From the NCBI GenBank assembly GCA_051313645.2, contig JBNRSN020000089.1, positions 2,914,001 through 2,978,000 of the forward strand: 64,000 nucleotides of DNA, in the 5' to 3' direction. Below the pieces are notes generated by a model. That model was not told the DNA's origin. It made no database searches and saw only the letters and a list, made by a program, of their open reading frames with translations. Position 1 is the stretch's first letter, and every line of letters starts with the position of its first letter. A program made the position numbers and the translations under genes. Source of the DNA: Centroscyllium fabricii. Taxonomy: Eukaryota. Below are positions 56,780 to 64,000 of this stretch, one piece after another.

Positions 56780-58860
56780 ATCAGACAATGTCCATCTTTG
56801 TACAATACATCAGACAATGTCCATCTGTGAACAATACATCAGACAATATCCATCTGTGTACAATACATCAGACAATGTCCATCTGTGAACAACACATCAG
56901 ACAATGTCCATCTGTGAACAATACATCAGACATTGTCCATCTGTGTACAATACATCCGAGATTTTCCATCTGTGTACTATACATCAGACATTGTCCATCT
57001 GTGTACAATACATCAGACAATATCCATCTGTGTGCAATACATTAGACAATGTCCATCTGTGAACAATACATCAGACAATGTTCATCTGTGAACAATGCAT
57101 CATACAATGTCCATCTGTGTACAATACATCAGACAATGTCCATCTGTGTACAATACATCAGACAATATGCATCTATGAACATTACATCAGACAATGTCCA
57201 TCTTTGTACAATATATCAGAAAATTCCCATCTGTGAACAATCCATAAGACAATATCCATCTGTGCACTGTAAATCAGACAATGTGCATCTGTGTACAATA
57301 GATCAGAAAATGTCCGTGTGTGAACAATTCATAAGACATTATCCAACTGTGTACAATATATCAGACATTATCCATCTGTGTACAATACATCAGATAATGT
57401 CCATCTGTGAACAATACATAAGACATTATCCATCTGTGTATAATACATCAGACAATGTCCATCTTTGTACAATACATCAGACAATGTCCATCTGTGAACA
57501 ATACATCAGACAATATCCATCTGTGTACAATACATCAGACAATGTCCATCTGTGAACAACACATCAGACAATGTCCATCTGTGAACAATACATCAGACAT
57601 TGTCCATCTGTGTACAATACATCCGAGATTTTCCATCTGTGTACTATACATCAGACATTGTCCATCTGTGTACAATACATCAGACAATATCCATCTGTGT
57701 ACAATACATTAGACAATGTCCATCTGTGAACAATTCATCAGACAATGTTCATCTGTGAACAATGCATCATACAATGTCCATCTGTGTACAATACATCAGA
57801 CAATGTCCATCTGTGTACAATACATCAGACAATATGCATCTGTGAACATTACATCAGACAATGCCCATCTTTGTACAATATATCAGAAAATTTCCATCTG
57901 TGAACAATCCATAAGACAATATCCATCTGTGCACAGTAAATCAGACAATGTGCATCTGTGTACAATAGATCAGAAAATGTCCGTGTGTGAACAATTCATA
58001 AGACATTATCCAACTGTGTACAATATATCAGACATTATCCATCTGTGTACGATACATCAGATAATGTCCATCTGTGAACAATACATAAGACATTATCCAT
58101 CTGTGTATAATACATCAGACAATGTCCGTCTGTGTACAATACATCAGACAATGTCCATCTGTGAAAAATACATCAGACAATGTCCATCTTTGTACAATAC
58201 ATCAGACAATGTCCATCTGTGAACAATACATCAGACAATATCCATCTGTGTACAATACATCAGACAATGTCCATCTGTGAACAATACATCAGACAATGTC
58301 CATCTGTGAACAATACATCAGACATTGTCCATCTGTGTACAATACATCCGAGATTTTCCATCTGTGTACTATACATCAGACATTGTCCATCTGTGTACAA
58401 TACATCAGACAATATCCATCTGTGTACAATACATTAGACAATGTCCATCTGTGAACAATACATCAGACAATGTTCATCTGTGAACAATACATCATACAAT
58501 GTCCATCTGTGTACAATACATCAGACAATGTCCATCTGTGTACAATACATCAGACAATATGCATCTGTGAACATTACATCAGACAATGTCCATCTTTGTA
58601 CAATATATCAGAAAATTTCCATCTGTGAACAATCCATATGACAATATCCATCTGTGCACAGTAAATGAGACAATGTGCATCTGTGTACAATAGATCAGAA
58701 AATGTCCGTGTGTGAACAATTCATAAGACATTATCCAACTGTGTACAATATATCAGACATTATCCATCTGTGTACAATACATCAGATAATGTCCATCTGT
58801 GAACAATACATAAGACATTATCCATCTGTGTACAATACATCAGACAATGTCCATTTGTGA
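56780..58860 (+). repeat. Short higher-order repeat, ~3 units (667 bp = 23 monomers, then 725 bp = 25 monomers)
   Basis: ORFs recur at 56788/57455/58180 and 57049/57716/58441. The landmark CATCCGAGATTTTCC appears once per unit. Confidence 0.85.
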
Positions 58861-61800
58861 ACAAAACATCAGACAATATCCATCTGTGAACAATACATCA
58901 GAAAATGTCCATCTGTGTACAATACATCAGACAATATCCATCTGTGTACAGTACATCAGACAAAGTCCATCTGTGTACAATACATCAGAAAATATCTATC
59001 TGTGTACAATACATCACACAATGTCCATCTGTGAACAATACATCAGACAATGTCCATCTGTGTACAATACATCAGACAATGTCCATCTGTGTACATTACA
59101 TCTGACAATGTCCATCTGTGTACAGTACATCAGACAATGTCCTTCTGTGTACAGTACATCAGATCATGTCCATCTGTGTACAATACATCAGACATTGTCC
59201 ATCTGTGTACAATACATCACAAAATGTCCATCTGTGTACAATATATCAGAAAATGTCCATCTGTGAACAATCCATAAGACAATATCCATCTGTGAACAAT
59301 ACATCAGACATTATTCTTCTGTGTACAATACAGCAGAAAGTGACCATCTGTGAACAATACATAAGACATTATCCATCTGTGTACAATACATCAGACAATG
59401 TCCATTTGTGAACAAAACATCAGACAATATCCATCTGTGAACAATACATCAGACAATGTCCATCTGTGTACAATACATCAGACAATATCCATTTGTGTAC
59501 AATACATCAGACAATATCCATCCGAATACAGTACATCAGACAATGTCCATCTGTGTACAATACATCAGACAATATCCATCTGTGTACAATACATCAGACA
59601 ATGTCCATCTGTGTACAATACATCAGACAATGTCCATCTGTGTACAATACATCAGAAAATGTCCATCTGTGAACAATACATAAAATATTATCCATCTGTG
59701 TACAATACATCAGACATTATCCATCTGTGTACAATACATCAGCAAATGTCCATCTGTGAACAATATATAAGACATTATCCATCTGTGTACAATACATCAG
59801 ACATTATCCATCTTTGAACAATACATCAGACAATATCCATCTGTGTACAATACATCAGACAAATGTCCATCTGTGTACAATACATCAGACAATATCCACC
59901 TGTGTACAATACATCAGACAATGTCCATCTGTGTACAATACATCAGACAATATCCATCTGTGAACAATACATCAGAAAATGTCTATCTGTGTACAATACA
60001 TCAGACATTATCCATCTGTGAACAATACATCAGACAATATCCATCTGCGTACAATACATCAGACAATATCCATCTGTGTACAATACATCAGAAAATGTCC
60101 ATCTGTATACAATACATCAGACAATATCCATCTTTGTACAATACATCAGCCATTATCAATCTGTGAACAATAGAGCAGACATTATCCATCTGTGAACAAT
60201 ACTTCAGACATTGTCCAACTGTGAACAATACATCAGACATTATCCATCTGTGTACATTTCATCAGAAAATATCCATCTGTGTACAATAAATCAGATAATG
60301 TCCATCTGTGTACATTCCATCAGAAAATATCCATCTGTGTACAATACATCAGAGAATGTCCATCTGTGTAGAGTACATCAGACAATATCCATCAGTGAAC
60401 AATACATCAGACAATGTCCATCTGTGTACAATACATCAGACAATATCCAGCTGTGTAGAATACATCAGACAATGTCCATCTGTGAAAAATACATCAGAGA
60501 ATGTCCATCTGTGTACAATACATCAGACAATGTCCATCTGTGTACAATAGATCAGACAATATGCACCTGTGTACAATATATCAGATAATGTCCATCTGTG
60601 TACAATACATCAGACAATATCCATCTGTGAACAATACATCAGACAATATCCATCTGTGTACAATACATCAGACAATGTCCATCTGTGTACAATACATCAG
60701 ACAATGTCCATCTGTGTACAATACATCAGACAAATGTCCATCTCTATACAATACATCAGACAATATCGATCTGTGAACAATACATCAGAGAGTGTCCATC
60801 TGTGTACAAAAAATCAGACAATATCCATCTTTGTACAATACATCAGACAATGTCCATCTGTGAACAATACATCAGACAATATCCAGCTGTGCACAATACA
60901 TCAGAAAAATGTCCATCTGTGTACAATACATCAGACAATATCGATCAGTGTACAATATATCAGACAATTTCCAACTGTGTACAATACATCAGACAATATC
61001 CATCTGTGAACAATACATCAGACAATTTCCATCTGTGTAGAATACATCAGACAATATCCATGTCTGTATAATACATCAGAAAATGTCAATCTGTGTACAA
61101 TACATCAGACATTATCCATCTGTGAACAATACATCAGACAATATCCAGCTGTGTACAATAAATCAGACAATATCCATCTGTGTACAATACGTCAGAAAAT
61201 GTCCATCTGTGTACAATACATCAGACAATATTCATCTGTGTACAATACATCAGACATTATCCATCTGTGAACAATACATCAGACATTATACATCTGTGTA
61301 CAATACATCAGACATTGTCCATCTTTGAACAATACATGAGACATTATCCATCACTGTACAATATATCAGACAATATCATTCTGTGTACAATATATCAGAG
61401 AATGTCCATCTGTGAACAATACATCAGACAACATCCATCTGTGTGCAATACATCAGAAAATGTCCATCTGTGAACAATACCTAAGACATTATCCATCTGT
61501 GTACAATACATCAGACATTATCCATCTGTGTACAATACATTAGAAAATGTCCATCTGTGTGCAATCCATCAGACAATATCCATCTGTGTACAATACTTCA
61601 GAGAATGTCCATCTGTGTACAGTACATCAGACATTATACATCTGTGAACAATACATCAGACAATGTCCATCTGTGTACAATATATCAGACAATATCCATC
61701 TGTGTACAATACATCAGGCAATGTCCATCTGTGAACAATACATCAGACAATGTCCATCAGTGGACAATACATCAGACAATGCCGATCTGTGTACAACACA

Positions 61801-64000
61801 TCAGACAATATGATTCTGTGTACAATACTTCAGACAATGTCCATCTGTGAACAATAATTCAGACAATATTCATCTGTGTACAATACATCAGACAATGTCC
61901 ATCGGTGTATTATACATCAGACGATGTCCATCTGTGAACAATACATCAGACAATCTCCATCTGTGTACAATACATCAGATATTGTCCATCTGTGTACAAT
62001 ACATCAGACATTATCCATCTGTGTACAATACATCAAAAAATGTCCATCTGTGTACAATGCATCAGACAATATCCTCTGTGAACAATACATCAGACAATAT
62101 CCATCTGTGTACAATATATCAGATAATGTCCATCTGTGAACAATACATAAGTCATTATCCATCTGTTTTCAATATATCAGACAATGTCCATTTGTGAACA
62201 AAACATCAGACAATATCCATCTGTGAACAATACATCAGACAATATCCATCTGTGTACAATACTTCAGACAATATCCATCTGTGTACAGTACATCAGACAA
62301 TGTCCATCTGTGTACAATACATCAGAAAATATCCATCTGTGTAAAATACATCACACGATGTCCATCTGTGAACAATACATCTGACAATGTCCATCTGTGT
62401 ACAATACAACAGACAATGTCCATTTGTGTACATTACATCAGACAAGGTCCATCTGTGTACAGTACATCAGACAATGTCCTTCTGCGTACAGTACATCAGA
62501 TCATGTCCATCTGTGTACAATACATCAGACATTGTCCATCTGTGTACAATACATCAAAAAATGTCCATCTGTGTACAATATATCAGAAAATGTCCATCTG
62601 TGAACAATCCATAAGACAATATCCATCTGTGAACAATACATCAGACATTATCCATCTGTGTACAATACATCAGAAAATGACCATCTGTGAACAATACATA
62701 AGACATTATCCATCTGTGTACAACACATCAGACAATGTCCATTTGTGAACAAAACATCAGACATTATCCATCTGTGAACAATACATCAGACAATGTCCTT
62801 CTGTGTACAATATATCAGACAATATCCATCTGTGTACAATACATCAGATAATATCCATCTGTGTACAGTACATCAGACAATGTCCATCTGTGTACAATAC
62901 ATCAGACAATCTCCATCTGTGTACAATACATCAGACATTGTCCATCTGTGTACAATACATCAGACATTATCCATCTGTGTACAATACATCAAAAAATGTC
63001 CATCTGTGTACAATGCATCAGACAATATCCTCTGTGAACAATACATCAGACAATATCCATCTGTGTACAAAACATCAGACATTGTCCATCTGTGAACAAT
63101 ACATCATACAATATCCATCTGTGTACAATACATCAGACATTGTCCGTCTGTGTACAATACATCAGACAATGTCCATATGTGAACAATACATCAGACAATG
63201 TCCATCTCTTTACAATACATCAGACAATGTCCATCTGTGAACAATACATCAGACAATATTCATCTGTGTACAATACATCAGACAATGTCCATCTGTGAAC
63301 AATACATCAGACAATGTCGATCTGTGAACAATATATCAGACATTGTCCATCTGTGTACAATACATCAGGGATTGTCCATCTGTGTACAATACATCAGACA
63401 TTTTCCATCTGTGTACAATACATCAGACAATATCCATCTGTGTACAATACATTAGACAATGTCCATCTGTGAACAATACATCAGACAATGTTCATCTGTG
63501 AACAATACATCAGACAATGTCCAGCTGTGTACAATACATCAGACAATGTCCATCTGTGAACATTACATCAGACAATGTGCATCTGTGTACAATATAACAG
63601 AAAATTTACATCTGTGAACAGTCCATAAGACAATATTCATCTGTGTACAGTACATCAGACAATGTGCATCTGTGTACAATAGATCAGAAAACGTCCATGT
63701 GTGAACAATACATAAGACATTATCCATCTGTGTACAATACATCAGACATTATCCATCTGTGTACAATATATCAGATAATGTCCATCTGTGAACAATACAT
63801 AAGTCATTATCCATCTGTGTTCAATATATCAGACAATGTCCATTTGTAAACAAAACATCAGACAATATCCATCTGTGAACAATACATCAGACAATGTCCA
63901 TCTGTGTACAATACTTCAGACAATATCCATCTGTGTACAGTACATCAGACAATGTCCATCTGTGTACAATACATCAGAAAATATCCATCTGTGTAAAATA

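Larger units (their letters stand above)
22856..64000 (+). repeat. 29-bp satellite array, segment 4 (41 kb uninterrupted, continues off the window end)
   Basis: Same monomer and orientation throughout; no non-satellite sequence seen. Confidence 0.99.

Noticed and set aside
6-63849. Hundreds of Cys/His-rich ORFs read as zinc-finger or repeat-protein genes
   Set aside because: They overlap in all three frames with the same peptide, and the period is 29 nt rather than a codon multiple. They lack C-x2-C...H-x3-H spacing and TGEKP linkers, and many begin at non-ATG codons. They are satellite translation artefacts.
1-64000. CRISPR array (29-bp repeats with partial dyad symmetry)
   Set aside because: Monomers abut directly with no unique spacers, there are no cas genes, and the vertebrate-type LINEs indicate a eukaryotic genome.

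Overview
Eukaryotic heterochromatin-type DNA with no host genes. About 94% of the window is one head-to-tail satellite array with a 29-bp monomer (consensus CATCTGTGTACAATACATCAGACAAT[G/A]TC, roughly 2,080 copies, all in one orientation). It is organised into nested higher-order duplications with offsets of 667/725, 2932, 3450, 4928, 5023 and about 8.1 kb. Three 5'-truncated CR1-clade LINEs interrupt the array, all on the + strand. Two are apparently identical ~0.6-kb 3' fragments (1362-1968, 6290-6896), representing one insertion later copied by a 4928-bp duplication. The third is a 2549-bp element of a different subfamily (20307-22855) with an uninterrupted 815-aa partial endonuclease plus reverse transcriptase frame. 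The two independent insertions sit at the same nucleotide of the same minority monomer variant (CAGAC^ATTATCC) in the same orientation, which suggests satellite-targeted integration (only two events). The LINE 3' ends look like those of cartilaginous-fish CR1 elements, which is an inference. Nearly all ORFs in the supplied track are translation artefacts of the satellite.
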